A stretch of DNA of 64,000 nucleotides from Candidatus Omnitrophota bacterium (GTDB lineage: Bacteria; Omnitrophota; Gorgyraeia; Gygaellales; Profunditerraquicolaceae): the NCBI GenBank assembly GCA_025453395.1, contig JALOQK010000005.1, positions 12,684 through 76,683 of the forward strand. Reading direction: 5' to 3'. The notes below the pieces were generated by a model. It saw only the letters and a list, made by a program, of their open reading frames with translations. It was not told where the DNA came from and searched no databases. Each line of letters starts with the position of its first letter. The stretch's first letter is position 1. A program made the translations under genes and the position numbers. Below are positions 46,472 through 59,934 of the stretch, one piece after another.

Positions 46472-48613
46472 ATGACTATTGCTAAGAAACTCAAAACCCC
46501 TGTCAAGGCTGTTGTTAAGGAAAAGAAAAAGAAGCCGCCGATTATTAAGGTAGCTAAGCCCAAGGCGGTTAAGCCAAAGCAAGAAAAGCCGGCGGTTAAG
46601 AAAATAGTAAAAAAGAAATCTAAGATAGAAACTATTAATCCTGTTGTAGCCTCTGTCGCTGAAGTCAAACCTGTTACAGTTGTTCAGGCCCATCCTAAGG
46701 CTGAAGTTAAGCCCTCCGCGCATAAAACTATAAGCGCTCCTAAGCCCGAGATAGCCCCTAAACCGGTGCCGGTGCCAGCGCTTAAAACACAAGTTCCGGT
46801 TCCTAAGGTTGAACCCGTTGAACAAAAGCCAGTTGTCTCTGAAGCGGTGGTGCCAGAGCTTAAAGAAATTGAAATAGATCTGCCGGTTAATGTCAAAGAC
46901 CTATCTGTGAGGCTTCAGATAAAGCCTTCAGTATTGATCAAGATGTTAATGGATATGCGTATTATGGCAGGGATAAATCAGAACCTGCCTGATAATGTAG
47001 TCAGCCAAATTTGTCAGAAGTTAGGATTTGTGGTCAAAGCGGGTTTAGCCAAAGAAGAAAAGGCGTTATTCTTTCAGCAGAAAGAGGATGCTGCGGGAGA
47101 CCTTCTCCCCAGGGCCCCCATTGTTACTATGATGGGCCATGTAGATCATGGTAAAACTTCCTTGCTGGATGCGATTAGAAAAACCAGGGTTGTGGAATCC
47201 GAGCATGGAGGCATTACACAGCATATAGGAGCTTACTTGGTTAAAACCGGCAAAGGAGAGGTCACATTTTTAGATACTCCGGGGCATGAAGCTTTTACCG
47301 CGATGCGCGCCAGAGGCGCCGGCTTGACTGATATTGTTATTTTGGTTGTGGCCGCGGATGACGGGATCATGCCGCAGACAAAAGAAGCCATTGATCATGC
47401 TAAAGCAGCCGGAGTTTGCATAGTAGTTGCGCTTAATAAGATTGATAAAGCTCAAGCTGAGCCTGAGAGAGTAAAGAAACAGCTTGCGGAATTAGGGCTT
47501 ATGTCTGAAGACTGGGGCGGAAAAACCATTGTTGTGCCTGTATCCGCCAAGACCGGTCAGGGCATAGACCAGTTATTGGAAATGGTTCTTTTGGAAGCGG
47601 AATTATTGCAGTTAAAAGCTAATCCTAACCGGCTTGCCAAGGGCGCTGTGGTTGAAGCTAAAATGTCCAAAGGAAGAGGCCCCGTTGCTACCTTGCTTGT
47701 GCAGAATGGGACTTTACGCCTGAATGATAACATAGTAGTGGGTAATTCTTACGGCAAGATAAGGGCAATGTCTGATCATTTGGGCCGTCCGATTCAAGAG
47801 GCAAGCCCGGCGCACCCAGTTGAGGTTTTGGGCCTTGATTCAGTTCCCGAGGCCGGAGAGATATTTTATGTTATGCCTGATGAGCGTCAGGCCAAGGAAT
47901 TAGTGGGCAATCGCAATGAAGAAAGAAAGCAATCGCAGGTTAAGCAGATAAGAAGAATAAGTCTTGAAGATTTACACACCCAAATAAAAGAAGGCAAGAT
48001 AAAAGAGTTAAAGGTCGTACTCAAGGCTGATATGCAAGGCTCTTTGGAAGCGATAAAAGATCTTGTTGCAAAGATAGATACCGCGGAAATAAAACTTGAA
48101 GTAATCCATGCCGATGTAGGCAATATTAATTATTCAGATATAATTCTGGCAGTAGCCTCTAATGCCTTAGTTTTAGGCTTTAACGTGGTGCAGGATGACC
48201 GGGCCAAAGAATTATCTTCACACGAAGAAATTGATGTGAGGATCTACAACATTATTTATGAATTAGCCAATGATATAAAGCTTGCCATTGAAGGGATGCT
48301 GGAGCCAAAATTAAAGAAGGTGTTCATGGGAAAAGCGCAAGTTAAGAAGATGTTTAAGCTTTCCCGCTCTGGTAATGTCGCAGGATGCGTGGTCTCTAAA
48401 GGCAAGATCTCCCGCTCCAGCTCCATTACGGTTATGCGTAATGGTGAACAGCTTTTTGACGGCACAATTTCGGCTTTAAAACGTTTTAAGGATGATGTGC
48501 GTGAAGTTGCCGAAGGTTTTGAATGCGGGATCACGCTTAATGGATTTGATAAGCTTCAGGAAGGCGATGTTTTAGAATCCTATATTACTGAAAAGATAGC
48601 GCGCAAACTTTGA
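46472..48613 (+). CDS. infB: Translation initiation factor IF-2
   Basis: Lys/Pro-rich N-terminus. [18 protein letters not shown]-domain. Confidence 0.95.
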   Translation: MTIAKKLKTPVKAVVKEKKKKPPIIKVAKPKAVKPKQEKPAVKKIVKKKSKIETINPVVASVAEVKPVTVVQAHPKAEVKPSAHKTISAPKPEIAPKPVPVPALKTQVPVPKVEPVEQKPVVSEAVVPELKEIEIDLPVNVKDLSVRLQIKPSVLIKMLMDMRIMAGINQNLPDNVVSQICQKLGFVVKAGLAKEEKALFFQQKEDAAGDLLPRAPIVTMMGHVDHGKTSLLDAIRKTRVVESEHGGITQHIGAYLVKTGKGEVTFLDTPGHEAFTAMRARGAGLTDIVILVVAADDGIMPQTKEAIDHAKAAGVCIVVALNKIDKAQAEPERVKKQLAELGLMSEDWGGKTIVVPVSAKTGQGIDQLLEMVLLEAELLQLKANPNRLAKGAVVEAKMSKGRGPVATLLVQNGTLRLNDNIVVGNSYGKIRAMSDHLGRPIQEASPAHPVEVLGLDSVPEAGEIFYVMPDERQAKELVGNRNEERKQSQVKQIRRISLEDLHTQIKEGKIKELKVVLKADMQGSLEAIKDLVAKIDTAEIKLEVIHADVGNINYSDIILAVASNALVLGFNVVQDDRAKELSSHEEIDVRIYNIIYELANDIKLAIEGMLEPKLKKVFMGKAQVKKMFKLSRSGNVAGCVVSKGKISRSSSITVMRNGEQLFDGTISALKRFKDDVREVAEGFECGITLNGFDKLQEGDVLESYITEKIARKL

Positions 48614-48745
48614 AAAGCGTAAAGTGTAAAGCGCAAAGCTCCTGCCTGCGGGCAGGCAGGAAAAACCATAATTCAAAATTAAAAATTTTTAATTTTACGT
48701 TATAGTTTTTCGCTTTCAGTTTTGCGTTTTAAGATAACCAATTAC
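48614..48745 (+). repeat. Family C palindromic element with central perfect GC hairpin
   Basis: aaagcgtaaagtgtaaagcgcaaagc ... cctgcctgcgggcaggcagg ... aaccataattcaaaattaaaaatttttaattttacg ... cgctttcagttttgcgtttt. Confidence 0.8.
48641..48660 (+). terminator. Perfect 9-bp GC hairpin cctgcctgc gg gcaggcagg after infB (terminator-like, no 3' U-tract on + strand)
   Basis: Read directly. Followed by AAAAACC on the + strand and preceded by a U-rich complement, so it could act on either strand. Confidence 0.35.
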
Positions 48746-48749
48746 GATT

Positions 48750-49733
48750 ATGAAGAAACGTATTTTAAGCGGCATGCGCCCCACGGGTAAGCTGCACCTT
48801 GGGCATTTGGTGGGCGCGCTTGATAATTGGGTGAAGCTGCAGGAAGAGTATGAATGTTTTTTTATGGTCGCGGATTGGCATGCTTTAATGGGTGAATACG
48901 CCAGCCCTAAGACCATTATTGAATGCGGATATGACAATGTTTTGGATTGGTTGTGCGCAGGCATTGACCCGAAGAAATCAACGGTCTTTGTCCAATCACA
49001 GGTTCCTGCGCATTTAGAATTGTTTATGATCTTTTCTTGTATTACGCCTTTGGGATTATTGGAGCGCTGCCCAACGTATAAAGAGCAGTTAAGAGAAGTT
49101 ACTACCCGCGATTTAAATACCTATGGTTTCCTGGGCTATCCGGTATTGCAGGCGGCGGATATCCTTATTTACAAAGCCAATAAAGTCCCTGTTGGCGAGG
49201 ACCAGCTTGCGCATCTTGAGCTTACCCGTGAAATAGCGCGCAAATTCAATAACCTCTACAAAAAAGAAATCTTTCCCCAGCCGGACGCGATATTAACCCC
49301 TGTGCCAAGGCTTTTAGGCTTGGATAAAAGAAAAATGAGCAAAAGTTACAATAATACTATTAATCTTTCGGATTCTGTTGATGAAATCGCCAAAAAAGTA
49401 ACCTCCATGGTTACTGATCCAGGCCGGATCAAGATGTCTGATCCGGGGCATCCTAAGGTTTGTAATGTTTATGATTATTATTGCGTGTTTGCCCCTGATA
49501 AGAAAGAAGAAGCCTATAATTGGTGCACGGGCGCACAAAAGGGCTGCGTGCAATGCAAAAAAGAATTTGCCTGCGCTCTTATTGAGAAGCTTGGGGCCTT
49601 GCAGAAAAAAAGAAGAAAGCTTGAAGAGGATAAATCTTACGTGGCGGACATCTTAAAAGAGGGCACAGATAAGGCGCGCGAAATTACTTCAGAGGTTCTT
49701 AAAGAAGCGAAAAAAGCCATGGGGCTTGAATAG
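48750..49733 (+). CDS. trpS: Tryptophan--tRNA ligase
   Basis: GMRPTGKLHLGHLVGA (HIGH) and KMSKS. Confidence 0.9.
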   Translation: MKKRILSGMRPTGKLHLGHLVGALDNWVKLQEEYECFFMVADWHALMGEYASPKTIIECGYDNVLDWLCAGIDPKKSTVFVQSQVPAHLELFMIFSCITPLGLLERCPTYKEQLREVTTRDLNTYGFLGYPVLQAADILIYKANKVPVGEDQLAHLELTREIARKFNNLYKKEIFPQPDAILTPVPRLLGLDKRKMSKSYNNTINLSDSVDEIAKKVTSMVTDPGRIKMSDPGHPKVCNVYDYYCVFAPDKKEEAYNWCTGAQKGCVQCKKEFACALIEKLGALQKKRRKLEEDKSYVADILKEGTDKAREITSEVLKEAKKAMGLE

Positions 49734-50526
49734 TATGTCTTATAAAATAAAATTAGAGGTTTTTGAGGGGCCGCTTGACCTTCTTTTATATTTAGTAAAG
49801 AAGGATCACTTAAATATTTATGATATTCCCATTACTACTATTACCGAACAGTACATAAAATACATTGAATTGATGCAGTTGTTGGATTTGAATATCGCCG
49901 GAGAATTCCTGGTCATGGCAGCAACGTTAATGCAGATAAAATCCAAGATGCTTCTTCCTGCTGCGGAGCAGCCGCAGGAAGAAATTGAAGAAGACCCAAG
50001 AGCGGAATTAGTCAGAAGGCTTCTTGAGTATGAGAAATTCAAGCAGGTTGCCGAGGACCTAAAGAAAAAAGAGCTTGCCCAGCAGGAGATCTTTAAAAGA
50101 GAAAAGCCGGTTGTTATTGACAGCCTTGTCCCGGGAGTCCCGGAAGAGGCTTATTTTGAGGCAAGTATATTTGACCTAATTAACGCCTTTTCTAAGGCCT
50201 TGTCCGAGATACCTAAGGATGTGTTCTATGAAGTCATAAAAGATGAATTTACTATTGAGAATAAAGTGCATAATTTAATGCATCTGTTGTTAGTCAAAGA
50301 TCAGGTATCCGCGTCAGATCTTTTTCGGGAATCCAAAAATAAATTTGAAGTCATTGTCACATTCTTGGCAATTCTGGAATTGATCCGCATGAAAGAAATT
50401 ATCGCGCAACAGACCCAAGCCTTTGATGAAATAATGATCTGCCGCAATAAAAATAACATTACTCCTTGTCCAAGAGGAATTGATGCTGAAGAATCTGAAC
50501 AACCTGAACAGCCAAAAACAGAATGA
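49726..50526 (+). CDS. scpA: Segregation and condensation protein A
   Basis: YKIKLEVFEGPLDLLLYLVKK. Confidence 0.85.
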   Translation: MNSMSYKIKLEVFEGPLDLLLYLVKKDHLNIYDIPITTITEQYIKYIELMQLLDLNIAGEFLVMAATLMQIKSKMLLPAAEQPQEEIEEDPRAELVRRLLEYEKFKQVAEDLKKKELAQQEIFKREKPVVIDSLVPGVPEEAYFEASIFDLINAFSKALSEIPKDVFYEVIKDEFTIENKVHNLMHLLLVKDQVSASDLFRESKNKFEVIVTFLAILELIRMKEIIAQQTQAFDEIMICRNKNNITPCPRGIDAEESEQPEQPKTE

Positions 50527-51599
50527 AACAGGAAACTAGAAAAAAGCTTATCAAGGCAGGCGTTGATTTTCCCGTTCCGGAACTTTTAAGCCCTGCTCAT
50601 GACACTGAAGAAGATATAGTATTAAATATTTCTTTGCGGCCAAGTAAGCTTTCTGAATTTATCGGGCAAAAACAGATTGTAGATAATATAAAGATCTGTT
50701 TGACTGCCGCCAAGCAAAGAAAAGAGCCCTTAGAGCATGTTCTTTTATCCGGGCCTCCGGGTTTAGGCAAGACTTCCCTGGCGCATATTATCGCCCATGA
50801 AATGGGCACTAAGATTACTGCTACTTCCGGCCCGGCCATTGAGCGCGCCGGAGACTTAATCGGGATTCTTACTAACCTTGAAAAGGGTGATATCCTTTTT
50901 ATAGACGAGATACACCGTCTTTCCAAGGTAGTTGAAGAATTCTTGTATCCGGCAATGGAGAATTTCCAGATAGATTTTGTGGTGGATAAGGGGCAGTTTG
51001 CCCGCACTATTAAATTCAACTTGAAGCCTTTTACCTTAATTGGCGCCACCACAAGAAGCGGGCTTTTGGCGGCGCCTTTGCGCGGCAGGTTCGGGATCTT
51101 TCATCACCTGGATTTCTATAAGGATGAGGACCTTTCAAAGATCATCACGCATTCGGCAAAGCTTCTTAATATCGAAATAGCCTCTGACGCGGCATTAGAT
51201 ATTGCGCGGCGTGCCCGCGGCACCCCGCGTATCGCTAATAGGTTATTGCGCAGGGTCAGGGATTACGCGCAGGTACGTCAGGTCAAAGTTATAGATTCTC
51301 AAACCGCAAATTCCGTCTTAGATGAATTAAGGGTGGATAAAGCCGGGCTTGACGAGATTGACCGCAAGGTCTTGAAGATTATTATTGATGTGTACAATGG
51401 CGGGCCAGTGGGGGTAGATTCACTGGCAGCGACGATGAATGAAGAAACCGATACCATCGTTGATACTATTGAGCCGTTTCTTTTAAAAGCAGGTTACCTT
51501 AAGCGCACTTCCCGCGGCAGAATCGCCACAAAGCTTGCCTTTGAACATTTCGGGTTAAAATATAACAAAGAACAGCAGGAAGAGTTGTTTGAAAAGTAG
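50523..51599 (+). CDS. ruvB: Holliday junction branch migration helicase RuvB
   Basis: LLSGPPGLGKTSLAHIIAHEMG and FIDEIHRL. Confidence 0.95.
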   Translation: MKQETRKKLIKAGVDFPVPELLSPAHDTEEDIVLNISLRPSKLSEFIGQKQIVDNIKICLTAAKQRKEPLEHVLLSGPPGLGKTSLAHIIAHEMGTKITATSGPAIERAGDLIGILTNLEKGDILFIDEIHRLSKVVEEFLYPAMENFQIDFVVDKGQFARTIKFNLKPFTLIGATTRSGLLAAPLRGRFGIFHHLDFYKDEDLSKIITHSAKLLNIEIASDAALDIARRARGTPRIANRLLRRVRDYAQVRQVKVIDSQTANSVLDELRVDKAGLDEIDRKVLKIIIDVYNGGPVGVDSLAATMNEETDTIVDTIEPFLLKAGYLKRTSRGRIATKLAFEHFGLKYNKEQQEELFEK

Positions 51600-51630
51600 T
51601 TTTATTAATTTGTCGTATTTTTTCGCTCAG

Positions 51631-51810
51631 GTCGATTTTGCCCGCCGCAAGGAACTTCGGCGTGCCGTCAATGGTCTTTCGCATTTTAGGCGCCTGCGGA
51701 ACTCGCCCGTCGGCGCTACCGCGCCAGGACGGGCTCGGACATCCTCGGCGTCCGAATGCTTTCGCGTTCGGATTCCCTAAAATGCTCAAGCTGCATTGAC
51801 TAAAATCGAC
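51631..51810 (+). ncRNA. Candidate structured RNA or miniature insertion: 62%-GC island with nested long-range helices
   Basis: Outer inverted repeat gtcgatttt (51631-51639) / aaaatcgac (51802-51810). Inner helix gcattttagg (51681-51690) / cctaaaatgc (51776-51785). Internal hairpins cgccg..cggcg, gcccgtc..gacgggc, tcggac..gtccga, tccgaa..ttcgga. Class not recognised. Confidence 0.3.
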
Positions 51811-51919
51811 ATTCGCTCAAAAACACGACAAATTTATTTTTTGTCACTGATTTTCATAGTTTTTTGCTTATGCCGAAAGGAAAAACGCAAGAAATGATTC
51901 CTAAAAAAAAGGAGTAATA

Positions 51920-52519
51920 ATGGATAATAAAAGCCCTAAATTTCTGTTTCAATTGATTAGGTGTCCAAATGAAGCGCTAAGTTATATAATAGAACAAAAG
52001 CCAATAAGTTTAGCAGTTTTATTTCTTATTCTTTTTAGTATTTTAGCTTTACTCTTGCCGTTCGCAATATTATTTGCAACCTCGATAGTCAAGGGTATTA
52101 ATACCTTTGATTATAATGATTTTCTTAAGGTTGGCTATAAAGCGGATATTATTGCTTTAGCGAGTGTATTACTATTTATTATTCTTATTAATTCCATTAG
52201 CAAATTGATGTTTAATACTAAGAATAAGGCCAAGGAAATCTTTATTTGCGTGATTTCTATTTACTTCATTATGTATATAGCCATGTTTTTAGGGATAGTT
52301 ATATCTGGTTTGATAAGTTTACTGTTTACTAATTTAGCTAGTTTTCTTATTTTTTATTATTTATTTTACTTTAGCTTGATCATCTGGAGATCGGGATTAA
52401 CTATCTTGGCTATTACAAGGGTCTATGATTTAAAATTAAAGAATGCCTTATTTGTTTTCTTAGGTTCGGGCATTATAATGCAAGTGGCAGTATATTTTAT
52501 TAGAAGATTACAACATTGA
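51920..52519 (+). CDS. Hypothetical polytopic membrane protein (Yip1-like), overlapping start of queH
   Basis: Five predicted TM helices. 4-nt overlap with queH. Confidence 0.4.
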   Translation: MDNKSPKFLFQLIRCPNEALSYIIEQKPISLAVLFLILFSILALLLPFAILFATSIVKGINTFDYNDFLKVGYKADIIALASVLLFIILINSISKLMFNTKNKAKEIFICVISIYFIMYIAMFLGIVISGLISLLFTNLASFLIFYYLFYFSLIIWRSGLTILAITRVYDLKLKNALFVFLGSGIIMQVAVYFIRRLQH

Positions 52520-53055
52520 AAATGAAATTATTATTACACTCTTGTTGCGCGCCGTGTTCGATCTATCCTTTGGAGCAAATTAAGGCTGAAGGCTTGGAGG
52601 TGGAGGGGATTTTTTATAATCCCAATATCCACCCCCTTGATGAATACAATAAGAGGCGAAACGCCATGGTGGATTTTAGCGCTATAAAGAATCTGGTTGT
52701 TTCTTATCCGGAGTATCTTATTTCTGAATTCATGGCTCTTATCCAAGGCAAAGATAAGAAGCCAGAGAGGTGTTTTTTGTGCTGGAAGAAGCGCATGGAA
52801 AAGACCGCTAAAGAGGCCAAGGCCAAAGGGTTTGATTTTTTTACTACCACACTTCTTGTCAGCCCCTATCAGGACCATGACGCGCTTAGGCAAATCGGCA
52901 ACGATGTTGCAAAACAGGAAAATGTAAATTTTTATTATCAGGATTTCCGAAAAGGTTTTAGGCTCGCGCAAAACCAGGCCCGGGCAAGCGGTTTGTATCG
53001 GCAGAAATACTGCGGATGCCTTTATTCGCTGGAGGAAAGATGTTCAGAAGTTTAG
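52516..53055 (+). CDS. queH: Epoxyqueuosine reductase QueH (DUF208)
   Basis: LLLHSCCAPCS, CFLCW and GCLYS cysteine motifs. Confidence 0.8.
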   Translation: MKMKLLLHSCCAPCSIYPLEQIKAEGLEVEGIFYNPNIHPLDEYNKRRNAMVDFSAIKNLVVSYPEYLISEFMALIQGKDKKPERCFLCWKKRMEKTAKEAKAKGFDFFTTTLLVSPYQDHDALRQIGNDVAKQENVNFYYQDFRKGFRLAQNQARASGLYRQKYCGCLYSLEERCSEV

Positions 53056-54167
53056 CCATATTTATATCCATATTTATTTGTGCCGGGAATTTATTCGCGG
53101 CTACGAATCCTTATGTGCGGGTTCTTATTTTAAAAGACGCTCAATCCGTTCCTATTAAGATCAACGGGCACTATGAAGTTGTGGATAAAAAAACCGGCAG
53201 CATCCTTTCTCAAGGCGCATCCTTGAGCGGCCGGGCAGAATTATCCGGTGGCAATATCTTTATTGGCGAAATAAAGACGGATAGCAGGGCTTTGCTGATT
53301 AGGCCTGATCAGGAAGCTGTAGTTAAGGTGGGGCCTAAATCTTTCCGTGGAGAGATAGAGATAATAAGAAACAACAGCGGCGGCCTGTTAGTAGTTAATC
53401 ACTTGAACCTTGAGGATTATGTCAAGGGTATTTTATACCACGAGGTATCACATTACTGGCCGCAAGAGGCCTTAAAGGCGCAAGCTGTTGTCTGTAGAAG
53501 TTACGCCCTTTATCAGATATCCCAAAACACGCTGAAGGATTTTGATCTTACTTCTGATATCTACTCGCAAGTTTACGGAGGTAAGGGTTCTGAACGTTAT
53601 CGCACTAATCAGGCAGTTGACCAGACCAAAGGGGAAATTATCTTATCCGCGGGGAAAATCTTCCCGGCTTATTTTCACGCTGTCTGCGCCGGGCACACCG
53701 AGGATGCTTCTGTGCTCTGGAATACTAATGACCCGGCCTTAAGGGGGCGCGTTTGTTCTTTTTGTAAAGGTTCTCCGCATTTTTATTGGGATGCCTTAGT
53801 TTCAAAAGAAGAGCTTGTCAGTAAATTCCCAAGTTTAGGCGCAGTAAAAGATATTCAAGGGGTTGTTATCGCAAGCCGCACTAAATCCGGAAGAGTAAAA
53901 ACCCTTAAATTTATAATTTCTCCCAAAGATGTAATTGTACCGGCAAAAGATCTCCGTCAGGCGTTGGGCCCAAATCTTATCAGAAGCACTGATTTTAAGC
54001 TTAAGTTATCTGATAAAGGTATTTTATTTCAAGGTTCTGGTTGGGGCCATGGAGTAGGGATGTGTCAGTGGGGCGCGTATTTTATGGCTAAACAGGGTTA
54101 TAAGTATAATGAGATCTTAAGATATTATTATCCGGGCGTAGAAATTAGTAACGCGGGTAAGTTATAA
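53040..54167 (+). CDS. SpoIID/LytB domain protein
   Basis: HYWPQEALKAQAVVCRSYALY and C-terminal GHGVGMCQWGA. Start set at ATG 53040 with a GGAGGAAAG RBS. Confidence 0.8.
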   Translation: MFRSLAIFISIFICAGNLFAATNPYVRVLILKDAQSVPIKINGHYEVVDKKTGSILSQGASLSGRAELSGGNIFIGEIKTDSRALLIRPDQEAVVKVGPKSFRGEIEIIRNNSGGLLVVNHLNLEDYVKGILYHEVSHYWPQEALKAQAVVCRSYALYQISQNTLKDFDLTSDIYSQVYGGKGSERYRTNQAVDQTKGEIILSAGKIFPAYFHAVCAGHTEDASVLWNTNDPALRGRVCSFCKGSPHFYWDALVSKEELVSKFPSLGAVKDIQGVVIASRTKSGRVKTLKFIISPKDVIVPAKDLRQALGPNLIRSTDFKLKLSDKGILFQGSGWGHGVGMCQWGAYFMAKQGYKYNEILRYYYPGVEISNAGKL

Positions 54168-54207
54168 TTAGAGTGAGATGTGGGATGTGAGTTATTCTTA
54201 TGTATTT

Positions 54208-54242
54208 AGCTGAAAGCTGATAGCTGACAGCTGAAAGCTGAC
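54208..54242 (+). repeat. Family B heptamer repeat abutting queA start codon
   Basis: agctgaaagctgatagctgacagctgaaagctgac. Same orientation and relative position as the copy before dprA. Confidence 0.8.
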
Positions 54243-54244
54243 TT

Positions 54245-57126
<2,882 letters not shown>

Positions 57127-57134
<8 letters not shown>

Positions 57135-57471
57135 GATCAAACTTATTGAGCAAGAATATCTTAAGAAAGATATCCCGGATTTCAAGGTTGGCGATACAAT
57201 TAAAGTCTTAACTAAGATCCCGGAAGGCCCGGATAAGGTGCGTTTGCATCCTTTTGAGGGCGTAGTTATCGCCCGTCAGGGGACTGGTCTTAAGACTAGT
57301 TTCACCGTGCGTAAGGTTTCTTTTGGTGAAGGCATTGAACGCGCCTTTAATTTGCATTCTCCCAATATTGAGCGCATTGAGATGGTGCGTGGGGGAAAAG
57401 TTAAAAGGGCGAAATTATATTACTTGCGGGATAAAGTCGGTAAACGCGCTACAAAAATCGACGAAGCCTAA
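57127..57471 (+). CDS. rplS: 50S ribosomal protein L19
   Basis: Position after trmD and the FKVGDTIKV motif. Confidence 0.9.
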
Positions 57472-57478
57472 TAATTAG

Positions 57479-58105
57479 GTGTTTGATTACGAGAACCACT
57501 TTAAGATTAAAGGTTTTGATTTTGTCATCGGCGTGGATGAAGCCGGCCGCGGGCCATTAGCCGGGCCGGTAGTTGCCGCAGCAGTTCTTCTTAAAAACCA
57601 CCAATTTAAGAACCGGATAGATGATTCTAAAAAACTTACCCCCCAACAACGTGAAAATGCTTATCAAGAGATTGTCCAAAACTCTTTTTTTTCTCTTGGT
57701 TTGGTTGACCACCATGCAATTGACAGGATAAATATCCTTCAGGCAGCAAAGCTTGCCATGGAGCAGGCGGTTATTGGGGTACTTGATAAAGTAGGCGTTC
57801 TAGATAAAAAGAAAGTGCATGTTATTGTAGATGGTAACATGCCTTTATCTTTACCGGTTTCTACAAGCACTCTTGTTAAAGGCGACAGTCTCTGTAAAAG
57901 TATTGCCTGCGGCTCAATTTTAGCAAAAGTGGTGCGGGATAAGATAATGCATGCTTATGAAGATTCTTATCCGGGTTATGGTTTTGCCAAGCACAAGGGA
58001 TATGGCACGCTCTCACACAGAAACGCTTTGAAGAAACTAGGAGTTTGCTTGATCCATAGGAAGAGTTTCTTAAAAGGTGTAAATTTTAAAGATGTCAGGC
58101 CATAA
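57479..58105 (+). CDS. rnhB: Ribonuclease HII
   Basis: [24 protein letters not shown] start. Confidence 0.9.
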   Translation: MFDYENHFKIKGFDFVIGVDEAGRGPLAGPVVAAAVLLKNHQFKNRIDDSKKLTPQQRENAYQEIVQNSFFSLGLVDHHAIDRINILQAAKLAMEQAVIGVLDKVGVLDKKKVHVIVDGNMPLSLPVSTSTLVKGDSLCKSIACGSILAKVVRDKIMHAYEDSYPGYGFAKHKGYGTLSHRNALKKLGVCLIHRKSFLKGVNFKDVRP

Positions 58106-58472
58106 TGTCAAGCTTGGCAAAGAATCCGAGCAGGAGGCGGTAAAGTACCTTAAGAAACACGGATATAAGATTATTCAGGAAAATTACCGTTGTAGTTTTG
58201 GCCAAATAGATATTATCGCGCAATGCAAAGGGACAATTTGCTTTGTGGAAGTAAAGTCCCGCACCAGTACTGATTTTGGGACAGCAAGCGAGGCTGTAAC
58301 CCAAGATAAACAGCGCAGGCTTACCAAGACCGCAGTTTATTTCTTAAAAGAGAAAGATTTATTGGATAAGAGTGCCCGTTTTGATGTAGTGTGCATAGAT
58401 AAAGAAGGCGGCAAAAACGTGATAGATGTAATTACGGATGCCTTTGAAATGGACGGCAGATTTTCTTACTAG
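58092..58472 (+). CDS. yraN: YraN-family (UPF0102) endonuclease
   Basis: GKESEQEAVKYLKKHGYKIIQENYR...DIIA...FVEVKSR. Confidence 0.8.
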   Translation: MSGHNVKLGKESEQEAVKYLKKHGYKIIQENYRCSFGQIDIIAQCKGTICFVEVKSRTSTDFGTASEAVTQDKQRRLTKTAVYFLKEKDLLDKSARFDVVCIDKEGGKNVIDVITDAFEMDGRFSY

Positions 58473-58484
58473 AAGGAAAAGAAT

Positions 58485-59045
58485 ATGTATAAAGACGCTT
58501 CGCTTGTGAAATATCTTGATGATTTATCAGCCAAGCTTCCTGCTCCGGGGGGCGGTTCTGCGGCAGCCATGAACGCAGCACTGGGCGCAAGCCTAATTAG
58601 TATGGTAATTAATTTTACCTTAGGCAAGCCAAAATACGCTAAATACGAATCTGAATTAAAGAAAATATTTGCGCATTCGGAGAAGGCAAGGCAAGAATTT
58701 CTGCGCTTGGTGGATCTGGATGTAATTGCCTATAGCAGTAAGAATCTGCGCGACTCGCTTAATGTGCCGTTTATGTTGTCGCGTCTTTGTTGCGAGTTGA
58801 TCAAAGTCTGCCCCGTGCTTGTTAAGAAATCAAATCAGAATTTAATAAGTGACGTGGCAGTTGCCGCAATTATGCTTGAGTCAGGTTTTATGTCAGCTTG
58901 TTTTAATGTAGAAATAAATTTGAGGTTCTTAAGTGATAAGAAATTAGTAAACTCTATCAGGAAGGAACTTGCGCGCAATAAGAAAATCGTCCAGAAAATA
59001 AGGCTTAAGACGGAGGAGCAAATTGGCAAAATTATTAGAGGGTAA
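58485..59045 (+). CDS. fchA: Methenyl-THF cyclohydrolase-like protein (formiminotransferase-cyclodeaminase C-domain family)
   Basis: LPAPGGGSAAAMNAALGASL motif. Confidence 0.75.
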   Translation: MYKDASLVKYLDDLSAKLPAPGGGSAAAMNAALGASLISMVINFTLGKPKYAKYESELKKIFAHSEKARQEFLRLVDLDVIAYSSKNLRDSLNVPFMLSRLCCELIKVCPVLVKKSNQNLISDVAVAAIMLESGFMSACFNVEINLRFLSDKKLVNSIRKELARNKKIVQKIRLKTEEQIGKIIRG

Positions 59046-59853
59046 GCCACTAGCGGAGAAGATCAAAGAAGAAATTAAGCTTCAGGTTGGATCAATGAGT
59101 GTCAAGCCGGTGTTGGCTAGCGTCTTAGTGGGCGAGAATCCCGGGGCAGAGGCTTATGTTAAGTCACAGGAAAAGGCGGCACAGAATTTGGGCATTGTTT
59201 ATCAGTTCCAGAAATTGCCTGCGGATACACAAGAAGCCGCTTTAATCGAATTTATCCAAAAATTAAATAGCGATAAAAAGGTAAATGGCATTATTATTCA
59301 GATGCCGCTACCCGCGCATATAGATTACAAGAAAATATCTGGTTTTATTGATCCCTCTAAAGATGTTGAGGGTATGCACCCGGCAAATATCGGAAAGATT
59401 TTGTTTGGCAAAGCAAAGATTGTCCCTTGTACTGCGGCAAGCTGTATGGAATTATTAAATTCTACTGGTGTGGACTTATACGGCAAGGAAGTTGTGATTG
59501 TAGGGCATAGTGAGATTGTAGGGAAGCCATTAACGCTATTGTTACTTGAGAAGTTTGCTACGGTTACAGTATGTCATATCGGAACAAGTAAGGCGGGAAA
59601 GTTAGAAGAGCATGTGAAAAAAGCGGAAATCCTGATTGTGGCAGTGGGCAAAGCAGGATTGATCAAGGGTGAGTGGGTTAAAGATGGCGCAATTGTAATT
59701 GATGTGGGGATAAATAGAATTGAAGGTAAGATTGTGGGCGATGTGGAGTTTGAGGCAGCTGAAAAGAAAGCCTCTTGGATTACTCCGGTCCCCGGTGGAG
59801 TTGGGCCATTGACAGTAACCATGCTCATGCGCAACCTCGTCAATACATCGTAG
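59023..59853 (+). CDS. folD: Bifunctional methylene-THF dehydrogenase/methenyl-THF cyclohydrolase
   Basis: MAKLLEGKPLAEKIKEE start, GHSEIVGKP and PVPGGVGPLTVTMLM. Confidence 0.9.
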   Translation: MAKLLEGKPLAEKIKEEIKLQVGSMSVKPVLASVLVGENPGAEAYVKSQEKAAQNLGIVYQFQKLPADTQEAALIEFIQKLNSDKKVNGIIIQMPLPAHIDYKKISGFIDPSKDVEGMHPANIGKILFGKAKIVPCTAASCMELLNSTGVDLYGKEVVIVGHSEIVGKPLTLLLLEKFATVTVCHIGTSKAGKLEEHVKKAEILIVAVGKAGLIKGEWVKDGAIVIDVGINRIEGKIVGDVEFEAAEKKASWITPVPGGVGPLTVTMLMRNLVNTS

Positions 59854-59934
59854 ACGCTTTAGCTAAGCGTATGCTGCACAGTAGTTTATGAAACAAATCC
59901 GGGTAAGACTTCTACAGCAAGAGTGATATTATAG

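Noticed and set aside
46244-46825. 193-aa minus-strand ORF antisense to nusA/infB. Similar minus-strand ORFs occur at 10494-11000, 38772-39224, 37240-37674 and 21959-22321.
   Set aside because: All lie completely inside strongly supported + strand genes. They have low-complexity Arg/Leu/Ser-rich translations, no RBS and no family resemblance. They are typical antisense shadow ORFs.
51750-51775. tRNA T-arm-like string gcgTTCGGATTccc, and a possible 6S-like 3' end GGAUUCCCU.
   Set aside because: Flanking stems do not pair. The T-loop would carry G instead of the conserved A58. No D-arm or anticodon arm could be found. The partner strand for a 6S closing helix is in the wrong place.
51499-51789. 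96-aa minus-strand ORF and 63-aa plus-strand ORF (51589-51780) inside the GC-rich island.
   Set aside because: Arg/Ala-rich composition driven by GC content. No RBS. They overlap each other and ruvB. The nested inverted repeats are better explained as RNA or DNA structure.
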